64,000 bases of DNA from Marsupella aquatica (Eukaryota; Plantae; Marchantiophyta), in NCBI GenBank assembly GCA_973895155.1, contig OZ316896.1, positions 13,124,549 to 13,188,548 on the forward strand, written 5' to 3'. This document shows positions 1-13,129 of the stretch, one piece after another; position 1 is the first letter of the stretch, and every line of letters starts with the position of its first letter. Below the pieces are notes generated by a model. It saw only the letters and a list, made by a program, of their open reading frames with translations. It had not been told where the DNA came from and made no database searches. Position numbers and translations under genes: made by a program.

Positions 1-261
1 CGATGGATCAATTGACTCAGTTTAGGGTTTCACTCGACAAGCAGATTCATACTTAGTACTTTGCCTACATGATTTTCCTGTTAGCATTTTCCCTCCGTTT
101 CCGGTTGGTCATGGGGGTTGTCATGGGGAGATTTCGCACATGTTTATGCTGAAACTATAGTTGCTGAAACTATAGATTAACGTACAGCTACTGTACCCAG
201 GCCTTTGGACTCCTTATTTCTACAAATCAGCCCATCAGCCCAAACCTGTACGTAGTAGCCC

Positions 262-280
262 TATATATATATATATATAT
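262..280. repeat. (TA)n microsatellite
   Basis: Direct TA run. Confidence 0.9.
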
Positions 281-1084
281 TTTGCCTGGAAAAAACCAAT
301 TGAATTTCATTAAAAAAGCCAACATACAATGGGTGGCCCTATATATTGATCAAATCAATGATACTGATGGCGGCGCTCCCCGTGCAGGCACTGTAGCAGA
401 ATCTCCGAGATTTTCTCATTTAATCAATAGCCTGCTTTATACAAAAGCTCCGCACACCCCTGAATGCCTGCAATTCTGGGGGCCCAGGATGACTTGCGGA
501 AGCTAATTCAGACGTTCCCTTCTCGGTTGGCAACCTCGCAATGTCGAACGCTTTTCCAATTGCACAGCAATTATTAGAGACATGAAGGCGATTGTCGGTC
601 CTGATTTTACCGCGTTTCTCCAGGATGCTTGGCTTGAAGAACGCGGATGGCGGCCATGATCCCCATCCCTAAATCCTTAGCACTCAACGGAGTGCAGGGT
701 CAATGATGGCCTACTTCGTTACTAAACACGTCTTGCAAAGTTATTGCCAAATTGATTGCTTGTCTGTTGGGGCTCTCACTGTTAAGCCCCAACTGATGAG
801 ACAAATCATCTGGGATCACGAGTGAAAGTGGATGTATTAAAGGAGGGTCAAACTTCAAAACATCGTGCAGGCTCAGCCAGCTTGTGAGGTTTGGTGTGCA
901 GATTTGACTCTCACCAAGCCTATGGCAAAAATGTGACCAAAGCTATTGTGCCAGCTGTGTTCACAACAGGCTGAGCTATAGTTAGAAGTTAAATAGAACT
1001 AATATATTGTCATTGCAATTAAGTGATCTATGTAATGGTTGCAGCCATGTTGTTGTAAGTTGTTCTTGAGCCCAGTGCCATTGG

Positions 1085-1285
1085 ATTGCACAGAAATATC
1101 AAGGTGAGGTAAAAGAAGTAATTGAGGTGAGGCAAGGAAGAGTTGTCACCTTGCAGTCCACAGAAACATCAAGGCAATTAACGAAGTTCAGGTGAGGTAA
1201 GGAAAAGTTCTCATTCATTGAAGTGCACAGACACATCAACACAAGGTAAAGAAGTTGAGTTGAGGCAACGAAAAGTTGTCATTCC
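1085..1285. repeat. Degenerate tandem repeat, ~68-bp unit x3
   Basis: Recurring CACAGAAACATCAAGG...GAGGTGAGGCAAGGAAAAGTTGTCA-like unit. Confidence 0.7.
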
Positions 1286-2557
1286 TTCCGTGCCGACTGT
1301 GCAGTCCTGTTACCGTGGTTGTAGCTGGTTCGCAGTCTTCTATCACAAAAAGTTAATTAAATATAGTTTAGAGCTAGTGCTAGAAAGGTCGAGAGGGTTC
1401 AGGGCCCATCCAATGACTTGTCACAAATTATAAAAAAAACTGATTGAACGAATGAAATCATTTAGCGCAGAGATTTTTTGATCTACTACTTGTTTGGTCT
1501 GTGAAATATCCAAATGAGTGAGTAGAACTACTCAATGACACATGAAACTAGGCTGACAAGTGGACACAAAGCTAATGTAGCCTCTCTGACAGATTCGCTG
1601 TTCTTGACATTTGACGGATTGTGATTGAATTGATCATTTTTCTTGGTGCCATTGGAAGTTCAGTAAGGGGATTTCACATCAGTTAGAAGCTGAGACGGAG
1701 AAGACTTTCAAACCAAGGATTCAATGGTTACAAAAAGTCATATTCCTATTAATAGCATGCTCTGGTGGTAATCAAGTGGCAAAAGCTAATAGAATCTGAA
1801 ACACTGAGTCACGTCAAATTCTCGAAACAATTCACAGTCGAAACCAACTCTGATACGAGACTCTGTTTTCCCAATGCAACCCTGAGAGTGACAAATTTTG
1901 CTCCGAGAACAGCATTTCCTTCTTCTTTCTACCTTGAGGGCAGATTGGATCTCCTTTATTTGTTCTAGATCCTCCATCCTGCTGGAGAATGTCTTTCTCG
2001 GAGTCTGCTCTTTCGAGGGAGATTCTCCTATCTTAGCTGTCGTCATGAATGGAATCTAGAAAGATGATTAGAACGTGCCATCCATTCCAAAGCAATTCCC
2101 AGGATCTCGTCTTGTCCAGCGAATTCGCCTTAATTAGATACTACGAAGCAACATCATCTGAAACCGGACAACAACTGCCAAGCATCCATCTCCTCAAATT
2201 TATTGTTACACAAAAAAGAGTCGGCTATGTGGAGCTTGGTACAAAGGTGGATGCGCTTGAAAAATACCAGAAAGGAAGCTGCGTCTGCGGGCCTCTTCTC
2301 GTTCAGACTTGGCAGAAACGATTTTGAAAGTAGCAAATAGAGGGTGATGGTTAAGGATTAGCCTGCTTCTAGATATTCATCCATATGTGCCAAGCATGGC
2401 CAATACTCAGTTCTGATCCGAACGACTGTGGACTCATCTTCTACTTCCATGCGCAAAAGCAAGTAATGGCAGGAGAGGAGAAGGATCAGTACCAGAAAAC
2501 TACCGAGACCATTTCGGCTCAATTCGTCCATCCTATTAAATCCTGGGTACGTACAAA

Positions 2558-3076
2558 TCAATCCGACCCAACTCCACGCCTTACTGTGGCAGCCGCGAGT
2601 TCTGTGATTGCATCTGCTACACGGCCTATAGCCTCTGCGTTCGCCATACCTACCTCCCTATATGTGGCCAGCGTGGTTTGATGAAGCTCCAGTTGTGCCT
2701 CATCGTGGAGTTTTTGCGCCACGGTGTACTCCCTGTATATGTCTAGCATCTTCCTCGTATTTTCACGAAGCAAACGCGCTTCATCGTCATCAGACGAGCT
2801 CGTCGATCGCTTTCGCTTTCTGTCCCCGGTTTGCCCACCACAAACATGTGAGGTGACCTCGAGTGCACAATCGCTAGTCAGTCCACTCGTACGATCAGAT
2901 AATGATGATACCTCCTGTTCCCCCTCATCCTCCTCGTCCTCCTCTTCCTCGTCCTCCCCACCCTCGCCCTCACCCTCCCTTGAAGGCTCGTGCTCGTTAT
3001 CGTCCTCGTCGCTAAGAGAACCAGAGGTATCTGCACCCGAACCCAGTAAACGATCAACTAACGGAATTTCAATCAC
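2558..3076 (-). other. Orphan ORF or terminal exon: acidic tract, basic NLS-like patch and helical C-terminus (trihelix or Harbinger ORF1-like tail)
   Basis: 172-aa open frame with EGEGEGGEDEEEEDEEDE, RKRKR and an amphipathic end (AIGRVADAITELAAAT); no intact upstream DNA-binding exon found. Confidence 0.35.
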
Positions 3077-5079
3077 TCAATGTAAAGCGCAGGAATGAAG
3101 CAAAGAATACATTCATTACCTTCGCTTTTCATTGAAATGTGCACTCACCGGTCAAGCAACAGGCGATCACATTGGCATGTCAAATAAGTTTAACTATCAA
3201 TAGGATACCTCTCAAATCGTAAATGTTGGATAAAATAGAAACATATCTCCGTTGCTGGACATCCTCGATTGATCAAACGCACTGTCGGCACCGAGGAGTC
3301 TTGGCTCACGATAAGAGACAATAATAGAGCAGTCCAACATCTATATCTGAGCGGCCGAAACATAGGTGCGGTCGACACTTTTCCTGGTTCCGAGAACGCC
3401 TTAACCTTAAACCCAAGACAATTACAACCCTCCTCGAAAATCAATTTCTCCACTCACGCACATCCGTGCCTGCTATCAATGGAGGTGGAGTCCAGACAAT
3501 AAATGGATAAATACTCCGTAAAATAATTCTGTAACTGATGCACACAATCGGGGATAGCTCACTGACGGTGTAAACCATCAATTGGAGTGGTCTTTCCACT
3601 TGGATTGTCGACTAACTGGACACATTTGAACATTCAAAATAGACATCGCAAGACTTTCGCACACGATTCGCGTGCAACGATCTCACCTCCAAGACAAATA
3701 CTGTAGATTAAAAAGCAAGGCAACGAAATGCTGACTACCGTCGACTGATCATGAAACATTCTTGAGCAAAGTAGAACCAAGTAAAAAACATTCATGTGTA
3801 CGTTGTACAAAATGAATAATACACTGAAAACTCTCTCGTCTGCCATCCCCTCCCATCCTCCTTCGCCAGAGTTCAATCTCAAACTCCGGTTTAAACAGCT
3901 GAAATGAAGCAACAAAACATGGACTCGTTCCTATGATTGTGAGTAGATACTCAACGGGAAAGTGCTCTCAAAATGTGCTGAGAATTTATGGTCCAACAAC
4001 TCTTTCAGTTAGTAGGGTTAAACTCTGGAGCTGACCGGCTCCAGTGGCAGGTGGACCCTATCACGAATAAGTCCAGACAGACTGTTATCGGATGATGACT
4101 GTTCCTACCTTTGTTAACAATAATTGTCTTAACACTGTTTTCTACCGAAGGTCTTAAGGATAGAAATGCAATTCGATACCTGTGTCTGCAGAATCTGACG
4201 ACATCTCATTCTCATCGGCACCAGACGCCTTTTGTGCCTGCCGCTTTTGGAGAGCATCTAATTGAGCTAATTGAGCCGAAATGATTGACCAAATTGACAT
4301 TGGGATTGCGCTAGAATTGTAATCCATATCCCGCACGATGGGATCAAGCATTCCCAACCCCACAGTCGACCATGTCGATGACATCGCCACACCCACCATT
4401 GCCAATGCAACGGCCATCAACTCGTCCTTACCCAGCGCCATGAAGCTCTCTAGACGGGAAATGGAGAGAGCAACGCCACCGAAATCAACGCCGGGCGAAT
4501 GTGTAAAATCTAAGAAACAATTGGAGAAATGCCGAACATTCACAGACCTCTGATCGGCAAACGAGAAATGACCAAGGAGAGATAATTCAGAAGAGGAGGA
4601 ATTCCGATCACGGCTGAGCACAGTGAGAAGGAGAATGGTCTAACACTCTCATACCAAAAGCTTGGGTGGAGGGGAAATTGAGAGATTGATCCTACTGAAC
4701 GATTAAAGGCCAGGCAGCAGGGGAGGAGAGGACGCACAGCACTGCGACGGGAGGCAGAGGGAAATGCGGAATGGTAACGAGAGATTTGACTTGTGGGCAA
4801 AACCGATTCAGAATAGTTTGATGAGAAGACCTGATATGACAAAACCCTAAACCTAAGCATTTATTTGAGAGAGTCTGTGCGTCTCTGCCATTGGTTGTCC
4901 CCAAATCCCAAAGTGCACTGGGATTGTCCCAAAAGATTCATTTTCTTTGGTTGTCGCAACCTGACCGCCTTCCTGTTCAAAATTCAATTGTTTGAAGCTG
5001 CACCATTTTCAGGTTTCTGATGAGTCTTCGTGCGCTGCGCAATTTTCCAATTTTCAGCCTCACGTTGTTTTCAGAGACT

Positions 5080-5368
5080 CACTTGTGCCCATTCTCCATC
5101 CACACCCTCATTTCTGATTTGGAGAGTATTCCTCACATGCTATGTTGTTTTGGACTCAACCTGTCCCCAATCCCCATTCTCCATCCACACCCCATTTTCT
5201 GATTTGGAGAGGATTCCTCGCATGCTGTGTTGTTTTGGGCTCACCCTGTCCCCAATCCCCATTCTCCATCCACACCCCCATCTTCTGATTTGGAGAGGAT
5301 ACCTCACCTGCTGTGTTGTTTTAGACTCACCCTGCCCCCAATCCCCAATTTCCACCCATACCCCCAAC
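5080..5368. repeat. Tandem repeat, ~86-bp unit x3.3
   Basis: TTCTGATTTGGAGAGGATTCCTCACATGCTGTGTTGTTTTGGACTCACCCTGTCCCCAATCCCCATTCTCCATCCACACCCC-like units at ~5110, ~5197 and ~5283. Confidence 0.9.
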
Positions 5369-7289
5369 TTCATTCACGCCTTCAGGTCATGGCGCCTTCA
5401 GGTCATGGCGCCTTTAGGTTTCAGTTGTTACATTAATGGGTCTAATTTTGGTCCCTCTTGACATTTCTGTGTGCCTCCTGAATTTCCAGTAAATTTGCTC
5501 TCTTTTCCAGGTTTATAAGTCAGGAAATGGTTGTCGTTGAGCAAGACAGATTATTGTACCAGATCCATGACAAAAACATCTTGAGTATTGTACCAGGTCC
5601 GTGATCAAGAGCTCTTTGGTCACACTAACACTGAGCAAGTCTACTCTAATTTTTTATTACCTACAAATACCCCACCATGGTTTCTGCACACCATTCCTAG
5701 ATTGCAAGTTTCCACTACTTGACCTCACTTCATTCAGTGAATGATGTCACTGAACGTACTCACCCTTTATTCAGACCTCACTTCATTCAGCCAATGATGT
5801 CACTCAACATACTTGACGCTTTTTCCATCTAGAAAAACATTCTGCTGAAGTAGATTTTAGATGTAGAGAATGATCAGTCCAGGACCTTCACAACTGGTTA
5901 CAAAGTTTGAAAATACAAAGGGTAAGGCACATTTTCACAAGAAAATTTATTCTCTCCCGAAAACCGCCTCAGGGATCATTCTTTGTTGGATGCAGAAATT
6001 TACTCGGGTGTGTTAGAGAGCTTCTGGGCATACGAACATCAGATATATGGCCACTCACAACACCAAGTGTGCACAGCCGGATTCATTTTCTGATTGGTAA
6101 TTTACGTTGTCACTGTGATGTTGACCATACCTCAGGTCTTATTCTGATATATTCATATTGATAGTTGCTCAAGAGATCATGGAAGGTTACTCCATTACAT
6201 CAACTACAAATTACTTAAATGTCTTCTGAATTCATCGCGATGCACTAGAGGCTACTCAACACTTCCACTTTTAACGGTCAGATTATATCAATTGGAATAT
6301 GCAGTAAACGCTATTGCATTCCTAGACAACACTTAGTAGTTACTTGCCCGATCCAAGGGAGAGCCTGAATTATCAACATTTAACCACTGGCTTGATATCT
6401 TGTAGGATCAACCCACGAGCAAGGCTTGAGTTTCTACTCTCGTCACTCTGTAGGTTCAAAAGATAGCAAGAATAAGCCTCGTACACTTTAGTTAAAATCA
6501 TGCAGTAGGTTCTTCTCCTACTAAGACACCGTAAAACTTGAAGGAAGACTGTAACGGTCGGGACTAGGATCCCATACGAAAGAATCATAACTATTCCGAC
6601 GTGACCAATTCAAGTGCCTAAAGATGATCAAGTTTCTGCAGCTCTGAGAGGAGAGATTTAGACCAACTGAATAAAAATCCTCAACCTGATAAAATCATTC
6701 GAACTGCAGTGTTCTCTTTCTACCACTCTTCCCCAGGGGCTGCACGATGTTACTTGAAAGTGCAACATCCTCCCGACGGGCAACATCAATTCCCAAAAGA
6801 TCCCTTACATTCCTACTACCATTTACATTCGACACACAAAGGGACTACGGTCCTTGCACCAAGGCTAGAACGTAGTTTGCCACTACCGTGACCACTCAAT
6901 TGGGATATCAGGCATGCATCCGAGATGCAGTAGACGAGTACAACGACCACTAAAACGTCACAATGAAACAGGCTCCACACTCTTAACTTAAAAATTACTG
7001 AAAATAGCTTACTATGTGGTGGTAATCCAGGACTAAATAAATCTCCAGATCAAACCAGGACAGCTATTACCAGGTCACAATCAAGCGTACAGAAAAGTGA
7101 GCAAACTGGTATCGCACATCTCCACAAGGTGAGCTTTGTACCCAGTGGAAACCCCCCACCTACCCCCCTCCTCCCTCTCAAGAAAACACAGGCTGGTCTG
7201 CAGAGTCTCAATGAGAATAGAACTACATAAATAATTCTTGAGACTTCCTGTACGTCCACAGCCAGAAATCGAGCTCAAATATCCTTTGG

Positions 7290-9713
7290 TCAGCTGTCGC
7301 CAACTTTCTTCAAATCGCTCATGTTAGTCGTCTCAACTCTGCACAATCAATAAGCCAAACGCATCAATGCCTATTCGTCAAGCAGTCTCTATGGAAAAGA
7401 ACCACTCCCTAAATTTCCCGATATGCCATGAAGCTCATGCTACACAGATAAAAAAATTATTGCTGTATTTTCTTATGACAATGAGGACACATTAGAATCC
7501 CTGGAAATGAAGCAGAATCCAATATACTCACGTGCTTCCAACTATGGCCAGCTTTTGGATTTTTGTCTCCTCAGTGCCCGTTTGACTATCTTCAACGAAT
7601 ATCGTTAAACTGCTCAACACAATTCCCCATAGGCAAAAAAATGTTTGTACGAAAGATAGAGAAAATGGAAATGAATTGGAGTGAATGACCAAGAAATATC
7701 AACACGTGACATACTGGGGACAGTCGATGCCAAAAGAAAGGAAGTCCAACCCGACATCAACAGATCAATTTTGTCCAAAAACTCAAGTGCGCAAGAATCA
7801 ATTGGCTAACAAAATCTTCTTGTCGGCCGACCAAAAAGAAAATAGGAATTAGAAAATGCTAGAAATCCTCCGACTGGTTTCCTCTCGAACAAACGTTAGA
7901 AGGATAGACCAACAACAGCAGAGACGAAGACGAAACGAGGACACACCTTCGAACATTCTGGAATTTGACATATTTCAGCAAAATGGGTTTTCCCTGCAAT
8001 CCAAAACATGACAATGATCAGCTAAACCACCAAAAATTATTTTGCGGGTAAAGTATTGAGTTGATGCGTAGACCGGCCGGAACTAAGAACAGGAAATTGA
8101 AAAGCCAATATCTGACGTATGCTTCAAGAACGTTCTGTAGTCTTAAGAACGGAAAATCCTCCAAACCTGGAGATGCTCGGCTGTTAATACCAGCACGTCA
8201 CTTGCCGGGAAATCATTCACATTACTGCACAGGAAGCAATTTAGGCAGAAGTCAAGGGCTTCAGCATCGATCAGAGCATGTCAGATTCGTGGACAAACAG
8301 AGAGTTAATAAGTCTTTCAAGACTGCCCAGCTGCTGATAAGTTTCTGTTCTGCAGCTTGTTCATCATTTGGGATAAGCTATCCCGTGAAATATTGGTCCT
8401 TGACAAACGTTCAGGTCACAGAATTCTTAAAAACTCGTGCATAATTTTCAACAGTTGCGAATTTGGTCCATTCGCATCTTGCTTAAAAGACATTGAAGAC
8501 CCTCAATTGAGTAGCTGAAAACTTGCAGGGAAATGCAGCTCACCCAAATCCCATGTTCTGCTTGTTCACAAAGAGCTTGACAGTCTTGGGGCCTGCAACA
8601 TTCACATTGGAGGAGGGCTGTTCACTGGAAGGCTCAATACAAGAAACCCATGACAAGAAAACACGCATCCGTTAGAGGGGAGCGCTAATACATGAATGAG
8701 TGGAGAAATTGGACTTACGAGGGAAACCCTAAAACTTGAAAACCTCACCTTCTTCGACAGGAGCTCTAATGATCAAGGAATGCAACTTCACGACTTGGTT
8801 GAAGGGGAGATACAGCAGCAATTGCTCGTCGGTATCGCTCTCAAGTTGCAAACCGTTGTCATCCCTGTAACCCTGCGCGGAATGGTTTCAGGATGAGATA
8901 CCAACCGATTCGTCGAACAATTTCCACCCATCGAAGCCAAGAAAATCATGATTTCGCAATCAGCGCTGAATAAGTCTGGACAAAAGGTTCCGCTTCGTAC
9001 CTGTCTTAGTGCGTTCACGAAGGTCCGATCGGATTTCTCGTTCAAGCACTCCACACCCGACCATTCTATGCATTCCACCAAGTCCACCTACAGAAGGGTA
9101 CATCAGGTTAGGAACAAGCGGCGAGACAATTGCGAATAACTACAGTGCCAAAAAACTTACCGACCCACATCAAAAGAAAATCAAACTAAAATTCTCGTCC
9201 CTCCCTGTCATTATATAACCACATTTGTCTTCCCTTCTCGCTAGTGGCAAGTCCACATTAGGGCTGTTTTACCACCTCCTCAATTTCCCACCAAAACAGT
9301 CACCGAGAGTTCCGCTCCGCATCAAACGCTTAAGATCAACAAGCCTAAACTACTCATGGAATCCCATCAGCTCCTCATCACCATTTCGTCCGTCAGCCCG
9401 CATCACCACGGACAATTACGTGATCGCGTCTCCACACATCCAGTACAGTTGTTTTCCAAATTAGGGTAACAACCTGCTCGTAATTTGCGAGCATGATCAT
9501 CACCATTACCAATCCCGAACCGTACCGGCGCAAAACACGGCTTAGACGCCAGGCAACCCGTACGCACTCTCTACTCACACAGAATCCATCGAATTCTTTT
9601 CGGAGGTGCGGAGACATTCTTCAGGTTCACGAGACATGCATTCATTCAAAGTAACCCAAAGATACGGTAGGTGGGTAGGAGACCTGGTGCCGTGTTGCCA
9701 GAGCTGCTGCCAT
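7290..9713 (-). CDS. PITH domain-containing protein (proteasome-interacting thioredoxin domain, At3g04780-like), 8 exons, 173 aa
   Basis: Manually spliced exons, all GT-AG and phase-consistent: 9713-9684 ([10 protein letters not shown]), 9087-9001 ([29 protein letters not shown]), 8872-8749 ([32 protein letters not shown]...), 8592-8544 ([16 protein letters not shown]), 8224-8167 (NVNDFPASD...), 7993-7947 ([16 protein letters not shown]), 7609-7532 ([26 protein letters not shown]), 7338-7290 ([15 protein letters not shown]). Total 522 nt. LESDxDEQLL, PKTVK and YVKFQNV are PITH hallmarks. Confidence 0.95.
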
Positions 9714-9914
9714 GACCCGTCGTCGCGCTTGATTGGTCGATTCAGCTTCTTCGAATCGGGCTGTGCTCCTCTCCGACGACGTTTCTGTGCAGAATGATGT
9801 AAGCGAGCTTCAAATCATGAGAGATAGAAACCTCGAGCTTCGCAGAAATGAGCAATTTTGCTCGAGACGCGATGAGACTGAATAAGCAATTCTTCGTGGT
9901 TGCCCGTGCTCACT

Positions 9915-10800
9915 GAGGTACTCATGTACTACGTGGTATCTCTTTAAAAGAAAGGGATGATGTATTTCCACGCCCATGGCATTCATTTATTAAGTAGTAA
10001 TAGGGCGTGTCAAAGCACAGCTGCTCTAACTCAGTTATGGCTCAGGTCATAAAACTTTCTTCTAGCCAGGACAAATTTGTTATGGGCTACCAAAATAAGT
10101 ACCCATTAAGGTGAACCTCCAAAAAATAAAAGTGGTAACATTTTGGTTGCGGGAGTACTTTGACATGCCCTAATATCTCTTCTGACTGTAGTAAGGGATG
10201 ATGTACGTACTTTAGTTACAAGGTTCACCGACGCACTCATGTACTACGTGGTATCTCTTGTACAGTAAGGCGTGATGTACATATGTAGTTTTGTTACACG
10301 GTTCACAAACGACATTCTTTCACTACGTAGTAATATCTTTTGTGCAGTAAGGGATGATCTGTACATAGTTTAGTTACAAGGTTTGCCAATGGCACTCGTT
10401 TACTATGTGGTACCTCTTGTACAGTAATGGATGATGCATGTAGTTTGGATACATGGTTCGCCAACGGCACTCATGTAGTACAGTAGGGGATGATGTACGT
10501 AGTTTGGATACACGGTTTGCCGACGGCTTTCATTTACTATGTAATATTTCTTGTACAGTAAGGGATGATGTACATAGTTTAGTTACACGGTTGGTTGACG
10601 ACACTCATTAACTACGTGGTATCTCTAGCTTGTACAGTAAGGGATGATGTACGTCGTTTGGATAGTTACACGGTTTGCCAACAACACTCATTTAGTACGT
10701 AGTATCTCTAGTACATACAGTGAGAGATGATGCAAGTAGTTTAATTACACTGGTTGCCGACGGCACTCATTTACTAGTAGTATCTCCAGTATGGCAAGGA
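9915..10800. repeat. Degenerate tandem array, ~76-bp unit x ~10, upstream of the PITH gene
   Basis: Approximate consensus GCACTCATTTACTACGTGGTATCTCTTGTACAGTAAGGGATGATGTACGTAGTTTAGTTACACGGTTCGCCGACG; interrupted by the MITE at 10003-10170. Confidence 0.9.
10003..10170. mobile_element. 168-bp MITE-like element inserted in a tandem array
   Basis: TIRs GGGCGTGTCAAAGCAC and GTACTTTGACATGCCC (14/16 match); TAATA duplicated on both sides; excision restores the GTAGTAATATCT seen in the array unit at ~10327. Confidence 0.75.
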
Positions 10801-12765
10801 TGTTGCATAGGATAATGATGGTCTGGGCAGAGGGTTACTATACTCTAATCATGTGACGAGGAAGTGAAAAAAATACTAGGCTCTAATCATGTGACCAGAA
10901 TTGAATTTTTTTTAAATGATAAGTAATTGAATACAGTCCAGAAAATTTTAAGGAGCCCGACCTTCTGGGCATGAGATTATGAATAGTTACATAATTATAG
11001 CAAAGGCCTCTAGACCCCTGGCCTAGGCCATCCTCATGGTAGGCAAACACAGTCCAAAACAATGTGACAGAAGTGGACTTTCTGGGCATGAGATTATGGA
11101 TATAGCAAATGCTTCCAACAATCATTACAAATCGGTAACCTTTAAATTAATGTTCCATTCTGACTTAAATAATCTATGATTGAGCATTAGGCCCAACTTG
11201 CATGTGATGGGCCTTTTGTTTTTCACGTCCTTAAACTGATTCATGTCATTATATGATTCTGTGAGATAAGCCCCTCGGCATCTCCTCTGGAAACCCAAAG
11301 CAAGGGCTCAAAACTTTCTAGGCAACCCTTTGTCCCAACCCAAACGTGGGAATAAAACAAAAAAGGGACCAAGAAGCACAAGTATGTGTGCACAAGTCAG
11401 AGACTCAATTAAGAGTGACATACCTAATGCACACAATCATTGCACTCAATCAGATCCAGCCCATTTTGAATCCTCCAGACCTTTTTTTTTCCAATTGTTT
11501 AACACTTGCAATAGAATGGCAAATTTTCAGGACCCAAAAGCTAGCTATGGATGGTAGAGATGCATGGATCGTCCTATCAGTGGAGTGTCCTGCTCCATCA
11601 CAGAGTTGAGGCATTTGGGTGGGTACCATGCCCACCCATGCCCACCCAAATGGTGGCCGGGGGTGCACAATTTGATACTGGTGCATTGAAATAGTGAGAG
11701 CCTCCTCCCTTGGGCCCTCTTCACTCCAAGTAAAATAAATGAACCCCTTATACTGGGTCACAAACTGAACGCCCTATAGTGGGTCACAAACAAGTGACAT
11801 GATTTGGTAAGTAGGTACTAAATGGTGTACAGTCTGGCGTGACTCTATCACTCACGCCAAGCTACGCAATCTACCTGTTTACCAAGCCATGTTGTTTGTG
11901 ACCCACCATCAAGGTCAATGGTAAGCCGGCTGGTTTCTAGGGTAGTCCGAGGGGTAGTCTTTAATTATTTCGCAGACTGCACCCGAACCTAATCCCCAGC
12001 CGCCAGCCAGTCGACAAATAAACATTGACAAGAGAAGAGTGATATATTGAACATTGATGAGCAATGTGTGCAGAATCAAGACATCCACAAACGATCAATT
12101 TGGCTAGACAGGGCAGGGTCTGCTATATATTGCAAGTCCCAACTTGCGCACAGTCAGGCCAGGTGCACAAGGGGCACATGCTATGTATGTGTGTCTGGTT
12201 CGATCACCTTTTAAAATTTTGGAATATACAAGAAATGTTTTATAACAAAGATGACTTTTGGATTACTGTTTTATAACTAGTCAAGAGTCTATGATAACAC
12301 TAGAAATTCAGTTTCTACACATAAGAGGGGTAACTTCCCGGGGGTAACTTCTATGGCCAAATAAATAATATGTATTGTGGGTTACTCGGTGAGGGTAGTT
12401 CACAGGGGGAACCTAATAGGGTGTATCAAAATTGGGTCATTAGTGGAAGTTATGGATTATTTTGTGATATTTCCCATAACTTGAGTTATGGGACCCAGTT
12501 ATAGAAGTTTTTAAAATTGAGGGGAAGTAATATTGACCTGCCCCATAAGGAAGGAGTTATGGCCTCACCTGTCTCATACCATATATTATTTTTTCATCAA
12601 TTCTTGATCAGCCGTCGCCTCAAATGCCGCAGCGATCACCATGTCATGAGCAAATCCCACATGTCTTCAGTAGCTGCTTTCCAGAGTTCCGGAGTACTGA
12701 ATTTCTGAATTTCTGCCTAAAGTTGCAGGAAAGTTACTGGTGAAATATTGAGCCCGCCAATATTG

Positions 12766-12985
12766 AGCCCGCCTATTTTCCTTAGGTATAGACTCCCATT
12801 TATAACTTTTATTGGAGTTTAGCCCGCCTATTTTCCTTAGGTATAGACTCCCATTTATAACTTTTATGGGAGTTTAGCCCGCCTATTTTCCTTAGGTATA
12901 GACTCCCATTTATAACTTTTATGGGAGTTTAGCCCGCCTATTTTCCTTAGGTATAGACTCCCATTTATAACTTTTATGGGAGTTT
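12766..12985. repeat. Near-perfect 55-bp tandem repeat x4 with internal hairpin
   Basis: AGCCCGCCTATTTTCCTTAGGTATAGACTCCCATTTATAACTTTTATGGGAGTTT at 12766, 12821, 12876 and 12931; one substitution in copy 1. Confidence 0.95.
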
Positions 12986-13129
12986 CCATGATAGTTGAGT
13001 TATGGGAAGGCCAAGCTATGAGACGCCCTACCTGATCCAAGAAGTGGGGGGCGGGTTAATTAATGGTAGTCCTCGTGTGACCGGGATGGAGCTCATGCTT
13101 GTGCACTGGTCTAACCCGAAGTAGATTTT

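Noticed and set aside
5020-5461. ORFs with repeated peptides
   Set aside because: Produced by the ~86-bp tandem repeat.
9915-10800. CRISPR array or C/D snoRNA cluster (repeated GATGATG)
   Set aside because: The whole unit is repeated and degenerate; no spacers, and no consistent RTGATGA/CTGA box pairs with terminal stems.
12766-12985. CRISPR-like palindromic direct repeats
   Set aside because: Units are contiguous with no unique spacers, there are no cas genes, and the context is eukaryotic.
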